NCBI GenBank assembly: GCA_965223415.1
Contig: OZ245002.1
Span: 4,032,001 to 4,096,000, forward strand
DNA length: 64,000 nt
Direction: 5' to 3'
Origin: Myxococcota bacterium
GTDB lineage: Bacteria > Myxococcota_A > UBA9160 > UBA6930
Shown: in pieces, positions 19,331 to 29,502 of the stretch
Layout of the letters: every line of letters starts with the position of its first letter
How positions within the stretch are numbered: position 1 is the stretch's first letter
Position numbers and translations under genes: made by a program
Notes under the pieces: generated by a model
What the model was told of the DNA's origin: nothing
Databases searched by the model: none
What the model saw: only the letters and a program-made list of their open reading frames with translations

Positions 19331-19482
19331 CCGCAGCTTGAACGTCTTCCACACCTCGCGGTACCGTCCGCCCTTTCCGACGAACGGATGGAGACCCGAT
19401 GGCACTCTTGGACGGAAAGGTCGCGCTGGTCACCGGCGCAGGTGGTGGGCTCGGACGTGAGCATGCGCTGGCGTTGGCTCGC
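19331..19482 (+). repeat. Right copy of the island-flanking direct repeat
   Basis: See 4664-4817; contains TTGAAC-N18-TACCGT promoter-like element and GGAG RBS. Confidence 0.95.
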
Positions 19483-20259
19483 GAGGGCGCGAAGGTGCTG
19501 GTGAACGACCTGGGCGGTGCCCGGGACGGCAGTGGCAGCGGTGGGCAGGCGATGGCCGATCAGGTCGTCGACGAGATCAAGGAGCACGGCGGCGAGGCCG
19601 TGGCGAACTACGAGAACGTGGCCACGGTGGAGGGCGGCGAGGCGATCGTGCAGGGAGCGCTCGACGCGTTCGGGCAGCTCGACATCTGCGTGAACAACGC
19701 GGGCATCCTGCGCGACAAGACGGTCTCGAAGACCACCGAGGACCTGTGGGACCCGGTGATCGCGGTCCACCTGAAGGGCACCTACGCGGTCTCGCGGCCG
19801 GCCTTCAACCACATGAAGGAGCGCGGGCAGGGCGGGGTGATCATCAACACCTCCTCGACTTCCGGGCTGAACGGGAACTTCGGGCAGGCGAACTACGGTG
19901 CGGCCAAGGCGGGCATCGCCGGCTTCACCCGCTGCATGGCCCTCGAGGGCCAGCGCTACGGGATCCGCTGCTTCATCCTCGCGCCGGTCGCGCTCACGCG
20001 GCTCACCGAGGACCTGCCGGGGATGCAGGACGACTCCATGAAGGAGCGGATCGCTCCGGGACTGGTCTCGCCGCTGGTGGTCTACCTGGCCAGCGATCTC
20101 GCGAAGGACCAGACCAACAAGACCTTCTACGTCGGTGGCGGTCGCATCGCCGAGATGAAGATGGTCACGGCCCAGGGCGCCACGAAGTCCGACGATGGCG
20201 GCTTGTGGACGGCCCAGGAGATTGCCGACCAGATGGGCGAGATCCTGCTTCCGGAGTAG
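19399..20259 (+). CDS. SDR oxidoreductase (MFE-2/3-hydroxyacyl-CoA dehydrogenase-like)
   Basis: TGAGGGLG, VNDLG, NNAGILRD, GNFGQANYGAAK. Confidence 0.95.
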   Translation: MALLDGKVALVTGAGGGLGREHALALAREGAKVLVNDLGGARDGSGSGGQAMADQVVDEIKEHGGEAVANYENVATVEGGEAIVQGALDAFGQLDICVNNAGILRDKTVSKTTEDLWDPVIAVHLKGTYAVSRPAFNHMKERGQGGVIINTSSTSGLNGNFGQANYGAAKAGIAGFTRCMALEGQRYGIRCFILAPVALTRLTEDLPGMQDDSMKERIAPGLVSPLVVYLASDLAKDQTNKTFYVGGGRIAEMKMVTAQGATKSDDGGLWTAQEIADQMGEILLPE

Positions 20260-20392
20260 GGATTCGATCCCGCGGGGCGTCCGTTCGCCCCGCGGGAGCC
20301 CGCCGGAACTCCATCTCCTCGGCGCGTTTCTCATCGAGGGCGGCACCGGTACGCTCTCGGGGGGAGAGCCGTGCGCGGCTCGAGGAGAGGTT

Positions 20393-23056
20393 GTGGACGA
20401 GCGGGACGAGCAGCAGCGGCCGAGGGAGAGTCCGCCGCAGGCCGCGGCCGAGCCGGAGATCCGGCTGCCGGATCCGGAGATCGCCGATCCCTACTCGGCG
20501 ATGACCGCGCGTTACAACCTCTTCTTCCGCTGGTTCGCCCGCCGCTACTTCCGGCATCTCGACCTCGACCCGTCGACGACCCGGGCGCTGCGGGAGCTCG
20601 AGGAGCGTGGCGCCGTCGTGTACGTGATGCGCTATGCGAGCCGCCTGGACTACTTCCTCTTCAACACGCTCTTCGCCCGGCGCGGCCTGCGGCTCTCGGC
20701 CTTCGCCAACGGCCTCTCCTTCTACTACTACCAGCCGCTCTGGTCCGGACTCGCGCGCTGGTGGTCGCGCCGCCGGCACGGCCGCAGCGAGCGCCGCGAG
20801 GCGGACCGGCGCCGCGCCCTCGAGAAGGCCCGCGAGGTCGTGCGCAGCGGCGAGTCCATGTTCCTCTTCCTGCGCACCCAGCGGCTCTCGAGCGTGCTGC
20901 GCGGACGCGAGGCGGCGGTCGCCGAGGGACGTCGCGAGCAGGATCTCCTGGGCGAGGTCGTTCGCACCGCCCGCGAAGAGGGCAAGCAGGTCGCGCTCGT
21001 TCCCCTGGCGCTCTTCTGGCGCAAGGGGCCCCGGGCGACGCGGGGCTTCCTCAACCTCACCTACGGTGCGCCGACCCGCCCGACCGACATCGCCAAGGTC
21101 ACCTCCTTCCTGATGACCTATCAGGACCTGGCCATCCGTCCCGGCGTGCCCATCGACCTCCAGGCCTTCGTCGCCTCCCGGGGGCAGGATCCCGAGCAGC
21201 GGCTCGTGCGAAAGCTGCGTCGCGCCATCCAGATCTTCCTCTTCCGGGAGGAGCGGATCGTCGAGGGCCCTACCCTGCGCCCCCGCCACCGGGTGCAGGA
21301 GCTGGTGCTGGGAAGCGATGCCGTGGTGCAGGCGGTCGCCGACCGCGCACGCGATCCCGAGACGACGCCGGAAGCCGCTCGCGCCGAGGCCGAGAAGATC
21401 TTCCGCGAGATCGCGGCGAACATGAACTCGACCTTCCTGGGGATCCTGAACGTCGTCGCCACCTGGGTCTTCCGGAAGCTCTTCGTCTCGATCGAGACCG
21501 CCGGGATGGAGCGGGTCGCGCAGTACGCCCAGGAGCAGCCGGTCGTCCTGGTGCCCAGCCACCGCTCGTACTTCGACTTCCTGATCCTCACGTGGCTCTT
21601 CTACGGCCAGCACACCATGCCGCCGCACATCGCCGCCCGGGAGAACATGGCCTTCGGCCCCTTCGGCTTCGTGTTCCGACGGGCCGGCGCCTTCTTCCTG
21701 CGCAAGAGCTTCGACGACGATCTCTACAAGGCCGTCTTCCGCGCCTACGTCGGCTATCTCGTCAAGGAAGGCTTCACCCAGGAGTTCTTCATCGAGGGCG
21801 GCCGCTCGCGGACCGGCAAGAGCCTGGCGCCGCGCATGGGCATGCTCAACTGGAACATCCAGGCCTTCCTCGACAGCGGCCGCAAGGACCTGATCTTCGT
21901 TCCCGTCGGCATCACCTACGAGCGCATCGTCGAAGAGGGCGCGATGGTCGACGAGCTGGAGGGGGGCCGGAAGCAGGAGGAGAGCGTGCTCGGCCTGATG
22001 CGCGCTCGGAAGGTGCTGCAGCGGCGCTTCGGCAGCGTCTTCGTCCGCTTCGGTGAGGCGCTCTCCCTGGCGAAGGCGCTGGAGGGGCACGAGGCGCTCT
22101 TCGCCGCCTCCGACGACGACGAGGCGGCGGTCGCCCAGCGACGCGACTTCACCGAGCGCCTCGCCAACGATCTCGTCGAGCGCATCAACTGGTCGATCGT
22201 GGCCAACGCCACCTCCGTGGCCGCTTGCGCGCTCCTGGGGGAGCCGCGGCGGGGGCTCTTCCGCCACGAGCTGGTGCGCCGCATGGCCGAAGTGGTGGAG
22301 CTGCTGAACCTCCAGGACGTCCGTCTCACGCCCGCCTTCGAGGCCGATCAGCCCGATTTCGCGGAGTCGGTCGGCTTCCTGCTGCGCAGCGGCCTGATCA
22401 AGTCCGAGGAGGATCCCCGCGGCGAGATCCTCTACTTCGAGGACGGGCACCGGCGCGCCCTCGACGTCTACCGCAACACGCTCTTCCACTTCCTCGTCGC
22501 GCCCAGTCTGATCGCCCGCCAGGTCCTGCGTGGCGGCACGCGGGAAGATCTCGACGGCGAGCTCGGCTTCTGGCTCGATCTGCTCTACCGCGAGTTCTTC
22601 GCGCCCAAGGGCCTGGTGCAGAACGTGCACTGCGACGCCTTCCTCGACTACTTCGAGCGCATCGGCGTGCTCGAGCGGCAGGGCGATCGCCTGCTCGCTA
22701 CGGAGAAGGGGCAATCCTACTTCGGCTTCCTCGCCGAGCAGACCCGCAGCCTGCTCGAGGCCTATCATGCGGCGCTCGCGGTGATGGCCGCTGTCGACGA
22801 GCCGCGCACGGCCAAGCAGCTCGAGAAAGAGGCCGAGGAGCAGTTCCGGCGCGCCCATCTGATCGGCGAGGTGCATCGCACCGAGGGATGGAACCCGGTG
22901 ACCTTCCGCAACGCCCTCGATCTGCTGGTCCGGCGCGGCATCGTGGAGCGCCAGGCCGCTGAAGGACGCGGCGAAGCACGCTTCGCGCCCGGCGAAGCCC
23001 GTGGAGACCTCCCGGTGCTGCTCGGCCGGCTGGCGGGGGCCCTGGGCTCCGGGTAG
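20393..23056 (+). CDS. plsB: Glycerol-3-phosphate acyltransferase PlsB-like
   Basis: HRSYFD (HX4D), [31 protein letters not shown] start after GAGGAG (start uncertain). Confidence 0.85.
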   Translation: MDERDEQQRPRESPPQAAAEPEIRLPDPEIADPYSAMTARYNLFFRWFARRYFRHLDLDPSTTRALRELEERGAVVYVMRYASRLDYFLFNTLFARRGLRLSAFANGLSFYYYQPLWSGLARWWSRRRHGRSERREADRRRALEKAREVVRSGESMFLFLRTQRLSSVLRGREAAVAEGRREQDLLGEVVRTAREEGKQVALVPLALFWRKGPRATRGFLNLTYGAPTRPTDIAKVTSFLMTYQDLAIRPGVPIDLQAFVASRGQDPEQRLVRKLRRAIQIFLFREERIVEGPTLRPRHRVQELVLGSDAVVQAVADRARDPETTPEAARAEAEKIFREIAANMNSTFLGILNVVATWVFRKLFVSIETAGMERVAQYAQEQPVVLVPSHRSYFDFLILTWLFYGQHTMPPHIAARENMAFGPFGFVFRRAGAFFLRKSFDDDLYKAVFRAYVGYLVKEGFTQEFFIEGGRSRTGKSLAPRMGMLNWNIQAFLDSGRKDLIFVPVGITYERIVEEGAMVDELEGGRKQEESVLGLMRARKVLQRRFGSVFVRFGEALSLAKALEGHEALFAASDDDEAAVAQRRDFTERLANDLVERINWSIVANATSVAACALLGEPRRGLFRHELVRRMAEVVELLNLQDVRLTPAFEADQPDFAESVGFLLRSGLIKSEEDPRGEILYFEDGHRRALDVYRNTLFHFLVAPSLIARQVLRGGTREDLDGELGFWLDLLYREFFAPKGLVQNVHCDAFLDYFERIGVLERQGDRLLATEKGQSYFGFLAEQTRSLLEAYHAALAVMAAVDEPRTAKQLEKEAEEQFRRAHLIGEVHRTEGWNPVTFRNALDLLVRRGIVERQAAEGRGEARFAPGEARGDLPVLLGRLAGALGSG

Positions 23057-23069
23057 TCTCGCCGCCCTC

Positions 23070-23456
23070 ATGACGGCCCGGAACCCGCTGGATTTCGCCA
23101 AGCGAGGCGGACTCGTGACGGCCATCGCCCAGGATCACGCGACCGGTGAGATCCTGATGGTGGCTTACATGAACGAGGAGTCCTTCGCGAAGACCCTCGA
23201 GCTGGGCGAGGTGGTGTATTGGAGCACCTCGCGGAACGAGCTCTGGCACAAGGGCGAGAGCAGCGGGAACGTGCAGGTCGTGAAGGAGCTGCGCGTCGAC
23301 TGCGACGGCGACGCGGTGCTCCTCAAGGTGGAGCAGAAGGGCGACGCCGCCTGCCACACCGGCAAGCGCAGCTGCTTCTTCAACCTGCGCCGGGACGACA
23401 GCTGGGTGGACGACGGCCGGCAGGTCTTCGATCCCGACGAGGTCTATGGCAAGTGA
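23070..23456 (+). CDS. hisI: Phosphoribosyl-AMP cyclohydrolase
   Basis: [25 protein letters not shown]. Confidence 0.95.
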   Translation: MTARNPLDFAKRGGLVTAIAQDHATGEILMVAYMNEESFAKTLELGEVVYWSTSRNELWHKGESSGNVQVVKELRVDCDGDAVLLKVEQKGDAACHTGKRSCFFNLRRDDSWVDDGRQVFDPDEVYGK

Positions 23457-24340
23457 ACGCCGCTCGGAAGCGCATCCTGCGCCTGGGGCTGCCGAAGGGC
23501 AGCCTCCAGGACACGACGGCCCGGCTCTTCGAGCTGGCGGGCTACAACATCCGCTTCCCGTCCCGCTCCTACTACCCCGAGATCGACGATCCGGAGATCG
23601 AGTGCATCCTGATCCGGGCCCAGGAGATGGCGCGCTACGTCGAGCAGGGCGTGCTCGATGCCGGCATCACCGGTATCGACTGGGTCCAGGAGAACGGGGC
23701 CAAGGTCAAGGAGCTGGCCGACCTGAAGGCCCCGTGGCCGAACTACCGGACGGTGCGCTGGCTGCTGGCGGTGAAGGAAGGCTCGAGGTTCAAGTCCGTG
23801 GAGGACCTGCAGGGGAAGCGGATCGCCACCGAGGCGGTGGGGCTCACGCGCCGCTACCTGAAGCAGCACGGGGTGAAGGCCGAGATCGAGTTCTCCTACG
23901 GGGCTACCGAGGTGAAGCCGCCGGTGCTCGCCGACGCGATCGTAGACGTCTCCGAGACGGGCTCGAGCATCCGGGCGAACAACCTGCGCGTGCTCGACAC
24001 GGTGCTCGAGAGCACGCCCCGCTTCATCGCCAACAAGGATTCGGTCAAGGACGCCTTCAAGAAACGGAAGCTCGAGCGCATGCTGCTGATGCTGAACGGC
24101 GCCATCGCCGCGGCCGGGCGCGTCGGCCTCAAGCTGAACGTCCGCCGCAAGCACTTGGACGCGGTGCTTGCCGTGCTGCCCGCGCTCGGCACGCCCACGA
24201 TCTCGGCCCTGGCCGACGACGAATGGGTCGCCCTCGAGACGATCGTCTACGAGACCGTCGTGCGGGATTTGCTCCCGGAGCTGGTCGAGCTCGGGGCCGA
24301 GGGCATCGTCGAGTATCCGATCAACAAGATCGTCGCCTGA
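23453..24340 (+). CDS. hisG: ATP phosphoribosyltransferase (long form)
   Basis: [30 protein letters not shown]-terminal [12 protein letters not shown]. Confidence 0.95.
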   Translation: MNAARKRILRLGLPKGSLQDTTARLFELAGYNIRFPSRSYYPEIDDPEIECILIRAQEMARYVEQGVLDAGITGIDWVQENGAKVKELADLKAPWPNYRTVRWLLAVKEGSRFKSVEDLQGKRIATEAVGLTRRYLKQHGVKAEIEFSYGATEVKPPVLADAIVDVSETGSSIRANNLRVLDTVLESTPRFIANKDSVKDAFKKRKLERMLLMLNGAIAAAGRVGLKLNVRRKHLDAVLAVLPALGTPTISALADDEWVALETIVYETVVRDLLPELVELGAEGIVEYPINKIVA

Positions 24341-24344
24341 GCAG

Positions 24345-24920
24345 GTGGGGCGCTTCGTCCGGCTCGCCCGGATCGTCCCCGACTACGGGCGCACGGCGCT
24401 TCGGGGGTGGCTCGGCCATCGGGCTCCCGGCCGCGGTCCGCATCGCGTGGCCCAGGCCGTGGTGGTCGGCGAGGAGGGCGTGCTGCTCACCGTGCGTGCC
24501 GAGCTCCGGGGCTGGGAGCTGCCCGGCGGCGTCGTCGACCCCGGTGAGCTGTCAACGGAGACGGTCGTGCGCGAGGTGCGCGAGGAGACGGGGATCGACG
24601 TCGAGATCGAGTGGGAAGTGGGAACCTGGACGCGGACGGGCTTCCTGCCCCATCGGGTCACCGTGTTCCGCTGCCGGCCCGTTTCCGGCACGCCGACTCC
24701 GAGCGCCGAGACGCCGCGGGTGGCCTGGTGGGATCCGCAGGCGCTACCGACCGCGACGCTCTTCCCCTGGTACTGGGAGCCCCTGGCGGCTGGGCTCTCC
24801 GGCGAGGCCGATCCGGTCGAGCGCACCGAGCATCAGGGGCTCCGCGCCATCGCCGCGGGGATGGCGATCGACCTTCGGATGAGATGGAGCGACGATCGCA
24901 CCGGCGGAGGCGCCCGATGA
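24345..24920 (+). CDS. NUDIX hydrolase
   Basis: GGVVDPGELSTETVVREVREETG Nudix box. Confidence 0.85.
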   Translation: MGRFVRLARIVPDYGRTALRGWLGHRAPGRGPHRVAQAVVVGEEGVLLTVRAELRGWELPGGVVDPGELSTETVVREVREETGIDVEIEWEVGTWTRTGFLPHRVTVFRCRPVSGTPTPSAETPRVAWWDPQALPTATLFPWYWEPLAAGLSGEADPVERTEHQGLRAIAAGMAIDLRMRWSDDRTGGGAR

Positions 24921-25630
24921 CCGACGGTGGCTGGTCCGACTCGGCCGAGGCATGGATCGCCCGCATGGGCGAAGAGGGCGATGCGGGCCGCCGCGAGCTG
25001 ATCGATCCGGTCGTGCTGGCCCGCGTGCAGGCGGGCGGCTTCGAGAACGCGCTCGACGTCGGATGCGGTGAGGGGCGGACCTGCCGGGCTCTGAAGGCCC
25101 GGGGCGTCGCCGCGGTGGGGATCGATCCCACCGAGCGTCTGATCGAATGTCCGAGGGACCGGGATCCCGGGGCCACTACCGTCTGGCCCGCGCGGAGCGC
25201 CTGCCCTTCGACGACGCCTCCTTCGACCTCGTCCTGAGCTGCGTGTCGCTGGTCGACATTCCGGACTTCCGGGCCGCCATTTCGGAGATGAGCCGGGTGC
25301 TCGCCCCCGGCGGCGCACTCCTCGTCGCCAACCTGACCTCCCTCCAGTCGGCGGGCATGCGAGGCGGCTGGCAGCGCGGCGCGGCGGGCCGCCCCCTGCA
25401 CTTCGCCGTCGACGACTACGGCAGCGAGTGGGCGGAATGGGTCGAATGGGCCGGCATCCGTGTGGAGAACTGGCACCGGCCGCTCAGCGCCTACATGAAG
25501 GCCTACCTCGACTGCGGATTGAGGCTGGCCTTCTTCGACGAACCCTTGGCACCGCCCGCTTTCGCCAGCGAGGCCGACACGAACGTACGGGCGCCCTGGT
25601 TCAACGCGATGGAGTGGCGCAAGCCGGAGC
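24917..25630 (+). pseudogene. Class I SAM methyltransferase, frameshifted and lacking its normal stop
   Basis: LDVGCGEG in one frame and AERLPFDDASFD...RVLAPGG in another; break at GGGG run ~25169-25172; end approximate. Confidence 0.75.
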
Positions 25631-25723
25631 CGGGCGACGGCGCGGCGTCCGGGCCGTGCGGGGGGACGGAGGCGGAAGCGCGGTGCCGCGCGCCGTTCCG
25701 GCGCCCGGGGTACCGTCCCACCC

Positions 25724-26977
25724 ATGACGACTCCCGACGAGCTCGCCGGCTACGACCCGATGGCTCCGCAGTTCCAGCAGGATCCCATCCCGTACTACCG
25801 GATCCTGCGCGAGAAGGCCCCGGTCTTCCGTCACCCCGCCACCGGGATCTTCTTCGTTTCCCGCCACGACGCCGTGAGCGCGGTGCTGGCGGACCCGGCG
25901 ACCTTCTCGTCCCGCTTCGGCGGCGACCCGCGTACCCAGGCGCCCTCCTCCCTGCGCACGCGGCTCGAGGCGGTGTTCGCCGAGGGCTGGCCGATGATCT
26001 CGACCATGCTCATGGAGGATCCGCCCCTCCAGACGCGCTACCGCAAGACGATCGGCCGCGCCTTCTCGAGCAGGAGGATCCTCGCCTGGGAGGGGGCCAT
26101 CCGGGAGATGACCGCCGAGATCCTCGACGCCTGGCCGGAGCGGGGCCGGGTCGACGTCATGCAGAGCCTCGCGATCCCGCTGCCGATCCGGGTGATCGGT
26201 CACGCGCTCGCGATGAAGCCGGAGGTTCTCCCGCAGGTGAAGGGCTGGTCCGACGCCTCGGTTGCGGGGCTCGGGGCGGCGGTCTCCGACGACGAGCGCG
26301 TCGACGCCGCCCGGAGCGTCGTCGAGATGCAGAAGTACTGGGCCGGCGAGTTCGACACGCGGCGCAAGGAGCCGCGAGACGACGTCATCACGGGTCTCGT
26401 CCAGGAGATCTTCGAGGACGCGGACGGCACCGAGCGTCCGCTCGAGACGGTCGAGCTCCTGAGCACGGTCCAGCAGCTCATGGTGGCCGGCAACGAGACG
26501 ACGACGAAGGTGATCAACGAGAGCTTCCGGCTGTTCGCCGAGCGCCCGGACGTGTGGGAGCGCATGGGCCGGGAGCCGGGGGTGATCCCGAACGTCGTCG
26601 AGGAGGTGCTGCGCCTCACGTCGCCGAACCAGGGCCTGTTCCGGGTGGTCACGGCGGACACGGAGATCCTGGCCACGAAGATCCCCGCCGGCTCGATGCT
26701 CTGGGTGATGTTCGGAGCGGCCAATCGGGACGAGCGCGTCTTCCCGGATCCGGATCGCCTGGAACCGGATCGGCCGAATCTCCGCGAGCACCTGGCCTTC
26801 GGCAAGGGCGCGCACTTCTGCATCGGGGCACCGCTGGCCCGCCTCGAGCTCCGGGTCGTGGTCGAGGAGCTCGTGCGCCGGGTCCGCCGGTTCACGATCC
26901 CCGAGGACTTCGAGCTGGTCTACGAGCCGAGCTACATCCTGCGCGGGCTGGCGGCCATGGAGATCGAGCTGGGCTAG
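25724..26977 (+). CDS. Cytochrome P450
   Basis: [24 protein letters not shown]. Confidence 0.97.
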   Translation: MTTPDELAGYDPMAPQFQQDPIPYYRILREKAPVFRHPATGIFFVSRHDAVSAVLADPATFSSRFGGDPRTQAPSSLRTRLEAVFAEGWPMISTMLMEDPPLQTRYRKTIGRAFSSRRILAWEGAIREMTAEILDAWPERGRVDVMQSLAIPLPIRVIGHALAMKPEVLPQVKGWSDASVAGLGAAVSDDERVDAARSVVEMQKYWAGEFDTRRKEPRDDVITGLVQEIFEDADGTERPLETVELLSTVQQLMVAGNETTTKVINESFRLFAERPDVWERMGREPGVIPNVVEEVLRLTSPNQGLFRVVTADTEILATKIPAGSMLWVMFGAANRDERVFPDPDRLEPDRPNLREHLAFGKGAHFCIGAPLARLELRVVVEELVRRVRRFTIPEDFELVYEPSYILRGLAAMEIELG

Positions 26978-27018
26978 GGCGTCGGTCGCGGGCGGCCGGC
27001 TCGCCCGCACGCCCAACG

Positions 27019-27058
27019 AAAACCGCCCTCCCGGGAACGCCGATTCCGGAAGGGCGGT
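27019..27058 (-). terminator. Intrinsic terminator hairpin
   Basis: ACCGCCCT...AGGGCGGT stem with internal pairing, followed by TTTT on the minus strand; lies between convergent genes. Confidence 0.7.
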
Positions 27059-27087
27059 CGCTTCTCAACCCAGAGGCTGGATCGAAC

Positions 27088-27585
27088 CTAGGCGCTGGTC
27101 TCCCGCAGCCCGCTCTGCTCGAGCTCCTTGCCGAGCTGCTGGACCTTGCGCTTGAACTCGTCGAAGGGGTCGTCGAAGGAGAGGATGATCTCGGTGGTGC
27201 GCGGGATCTCGTCCCCGTTGAGCAGGCCTCGGTAGCGGTTGAGGTTGGCGAGGATGGCCTCGGCCACCTTGAGGGCGCGCTTCTCGGTCTTGATCAGCGG
27301 CGACTGGAGCGTGTAGACGTTGTTGCGTCCCCAGAGGCTCTCGTCGCGGACGATCGCGATCTCGCGGTAGACGCTGTTGATCGGATCGAAGTTGTACTCG
27401 ACCCGGACCTCCTTGAAGATGTCCGAGTTGCCGGTGTAGAAGCCACGCTCCTTCTCCACCTTGCCGAGCTGCCGGCAGCGTGGGCAGTAGAAGGTATCGC
27501 CGTGGTTGAGGAGGAAGACGCCCTTCGCGTAGTCCTCGCAGTCGGTGTTCTCGCAGTAACCGACTCCACGCTTCATGCTTGCCAT
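27088..27585 (-). CDS. Hypothetical protein with N-terminal Zn-ribbon-like Cys pairs
   Basis: 165 aa; CENTDC...CPRC; GGAGG RBS; strongly GC3-biased codons; own promoter and terminator. Confidence 0.85.
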   Translation of the reverse strand: MASMKRGVGYCENTDCEDYAKGVFLLNHGDTFYCPRCRQLGKVEKERGFYTGNSDIFKEVRVEYNFDPINSVYREIAIVRDESLWGRNNVYTLQSPLIKTEKRALKVAEAILANLNRYRGLLNGDEIPRTTEIILSFDDPFDEFKRKVQQLGKELEQSGLRETSA

Positions 27586-27644
27586 GGGATGATCGCCTCC
27601 GGCTCTCGCTAGGTGGCGCGAGCTCCGTTCGAGCCTTTCAAGAG

Positions 27645-27659
27645 GCAAGCCCCGTGCCA
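27645..27659 (-). promoter_or_regulatory. Sigma54 (-24/-12) promoter
   Basis: TGGCACGGGGCTTGC matches TGGCAC-N5-TTGC, 60 nt upstream of the ATG at 27585. Confidence 0.8.
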
Positions 27660-27971
27660 TGCGGCTCTGGGGGGAGCACCGCGGCGCGATGTTCGAGCGT
27701 CTTTCTGCTGTTGGGAGTGTAGCTGCCCATTCGCTGCGGGTGCCGCGCTGCACACGAGCTGCAGCCGTTGGCACCCCGTTCGACTCAAACGGGGAAGCGG
27801 ATTCCCCTTCCCCCCGCTTCGTGGGCGGCCGGTCCGCAAGATCCCGCGCACGGTGTCCGGCGGGTGGCTTCCGGGGCACGCCGGGCCTTCCAGGGCCGAC
27901 GACGCACTCCTTCCCGCTCGTTCCGATTTGGGGGAAAATCGAACTGCCACGTACACTTACGGGCGCCCTTG

Positions 27972-28001
27972 CTTATACTTCGCCGGCCGCACGGTTGTCA
28001 A
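27972..28001 (-). promoter_or_regulatory. Sigma70-like promoter
   Basis: TTGACA-N18-TATAAG; the -35 overlaps the ccmD stop. Confidence 0.6.
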
Positions 28002-28126
28002 CCGGGATTTGATTCTTCCCCTCGGGCGATCTCCTGCCGAAGCGCCGCGCGCTCGCGCAGGAGGTACACGGCGTAGCCGGCGACGCCCAGGATGGTGAGG
28101 CCGTAGGCCGCTACGACGTACCCCAC
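27998..28126 (-). CDS. ccmD: Heme exporter protein CcmD-like
   Basis: 42 aa; GYVVAAYGLT TM helix then charged tail; GGAGGAGG RBS; directly after ccmC. Confidence 0.75.
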   Translation of the reverse strand: MGYVVAAYGLTILGVAGYAVYLLRERAALRQEIARGEESNPG

Positions 28127-28824
28127 GAGGCCTCCTCCCCGCGCCCCGCCAGGGCCTGCTGGCGGACGCGCTCGGCGCGCAAGGCGCCCACCTCGATGCG
28201 CCGGACCACCAGGAAGGCGAAGGTGGCGAGCATCGTCAGCATGCCCATCAGGAAGGGCCAGCCCATTCCCGCACCGAGGCTGTCTCCCCCCAGGTTCTCG
28301 GGGTGGATCGCGCGCCCGGCGGCGAGGTCGATCGCGAAGTAGTTGAGCGGGATCAGCGCGACCCCGGCGATGCCGTAGACCGCCGCGAAGCGCGCCGCCC
28401 GCTCGCTGCCCTCCGTGAACGAGCGCAGCAGCAGGTACGCCACGTAGACGAAGAAGAGCACCAGGGTCACCGTGAGCCGCAGGTCCCAGGACCACCATTT
28501 GCCCCAGGTGCCCTTCGCCCAGATCGGCCCCGTGACGAGCATCAGCACGGCGAACAGCACGCCCACTTCCGCGCTGGAGAGGGCGAAGCGGTCGTAGCGT
28601 TCCTCGCCCTTCCAGAGGTAGAGCGCGCCCCCGATCGCCGTACCGATGAACCCGACGTAGGTGCCGATCGCGGTGGGGACGTGGACGTAGAGGATCTTCT
28701 GGATCACGCCCTGGACCCGGTCGACCGGGGCGTTCCAGGCCAGCAACGCCCAGGCCAGCACGCACACGGCCATCAGCAGGGCCGTCACGGTGTGGGCGCG
28801 GGAGGCGGAGGCGGGTGCCGGCAT
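28111..28824 (-). CDS. ccmC: Heme chaperone loader CcmC
   Basis: YVHVP, WAKGTWGKWWSWDLRLT (WWD), IHP. Confidence 0.93.
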   Translation of the reverse strand: MPAPASASRAHTVTALLMAVCVLAWALLAWNAPVDRVQGVIQKILYVHVPTAIGTYVGFIGTAIGGALYLWKGEERYDRFALSSAEVGVLFAVLMLVTGPIWAKGTWGKWWSWDLRLTVTLVLFFVYVAYLLLRSFTEGSERAARFAAVYGIAGVALIPLNYFAIDLAAGRAIHPENLGGDSLGAGMGWPFLMGMLTMLATFAFLVVRRIEVGALRAERVRQQALAGRGEEASWGTS

Positions 28825-28836
28825 CGTCTCGGGTCC

Positions 28837-29502
28837 TCAGTCGTCCAGCACGTACTCGAAGCCGAGGAAGCTCACGATCAGGAAGACGCCGTCGGTCACG
28901 AGCAGCAGCTGGAGCGCGGCGAAGGGTAGCTCTCCGTCCGCGATGAGCCCGCGGGTGGCCTGCACCGCCGCCAGCAGCACCGGCACCATCAGTGGCAGCA
29001 TGAGCAGCGGCAGGATCATCTCCCGGTAGGTCGTGCGGGCCGCCATGGCCGAGAGCAGGGTGCCGATGCTGCAGAGCCCGACGGCACCGAGGGCGGCCAC
29101 GCCCGCCAGGGGCAGGGCGACCGGCCGCAGGTCCAGATCGAAGGCCAGGGCGAAGGCCGCGGCGGTGACGAGCTGCACCCCGAGCACGAGGGCGAGGTTC
29201 GCCCCGGCCTTACCGAGGAAGATCCAGCCCCGGTCCGCCGGGGCCAGGGCCAGGCCCGAGAGCGCCTCGTTCTCGAGCTCCATGCCGAAGGAGCGGCCCA
29301 GCCCGAGGACGACGGCGAAGACGTAGGCAACCCACAGCAGGCCCGGGACGTGCTCGCGGGCGGCTTCGCCCCGGCCCGGCGGCGCGGCGAAGTAGAGCAC
29401 GACCACCACCAGCAGGGCGAAGACCAGCATCGCGATCAGCCGGTCGCGGCTGCGCCACTCGGTGACGAGGTCCTTCCACAGCACGGCCCACAGCGCGTTC
29501 AC
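28837..29502 (-). CDS. ccmB: Heme exporter permease CcmB
   Basis: KDLVTEWRSR, PGLLWVA, ILPLLMLPLMVPVL. Confidence 0.92.
   Translation of the reverse strand: MNALWAVLWKDLVTEWRSRDRLIAMLVFALLVVVVLYFAAPPGRGEAAREHVPGLLWVAYVFAVVLGLGRSFGMELENEALSGLALAPADRGWIFLGKAGANLALVLGVQLVTAAAFALAFDLDLRPVALPLAGVAALGAVGLCSIGTLLSAMAARTTYREMILPLLMLPLMVPVLLAAVQATRGLIADGELPFAALQLLLVTDGVFLIVSFLGFEYVLDD

Larger units (their letters stand above)
4664..19482. mobile_element. Genomic island bounded by duplicated SDR 5' end; no integrase seen
   Basis: Flanking direct repeats; by eye more A/T-ending codons than the flanks; accessory cargo; contains an IS630. Confidence 0.75.

Noticed and set aside
4664..19482. Repeat pair as the template/variable repeats of a diversity-generating retroelement
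   Set aside because: Mismatches are not adenine-specific, lie mostly in non-coding sequence, and no reverse transcriptase is present
25147..27612. 821-aa methyltransferase fusion
   Set aside because: Only the first ~160 aa are methyltransferase; the rest is off-frame read-through over the P450 and antisense to the next gene
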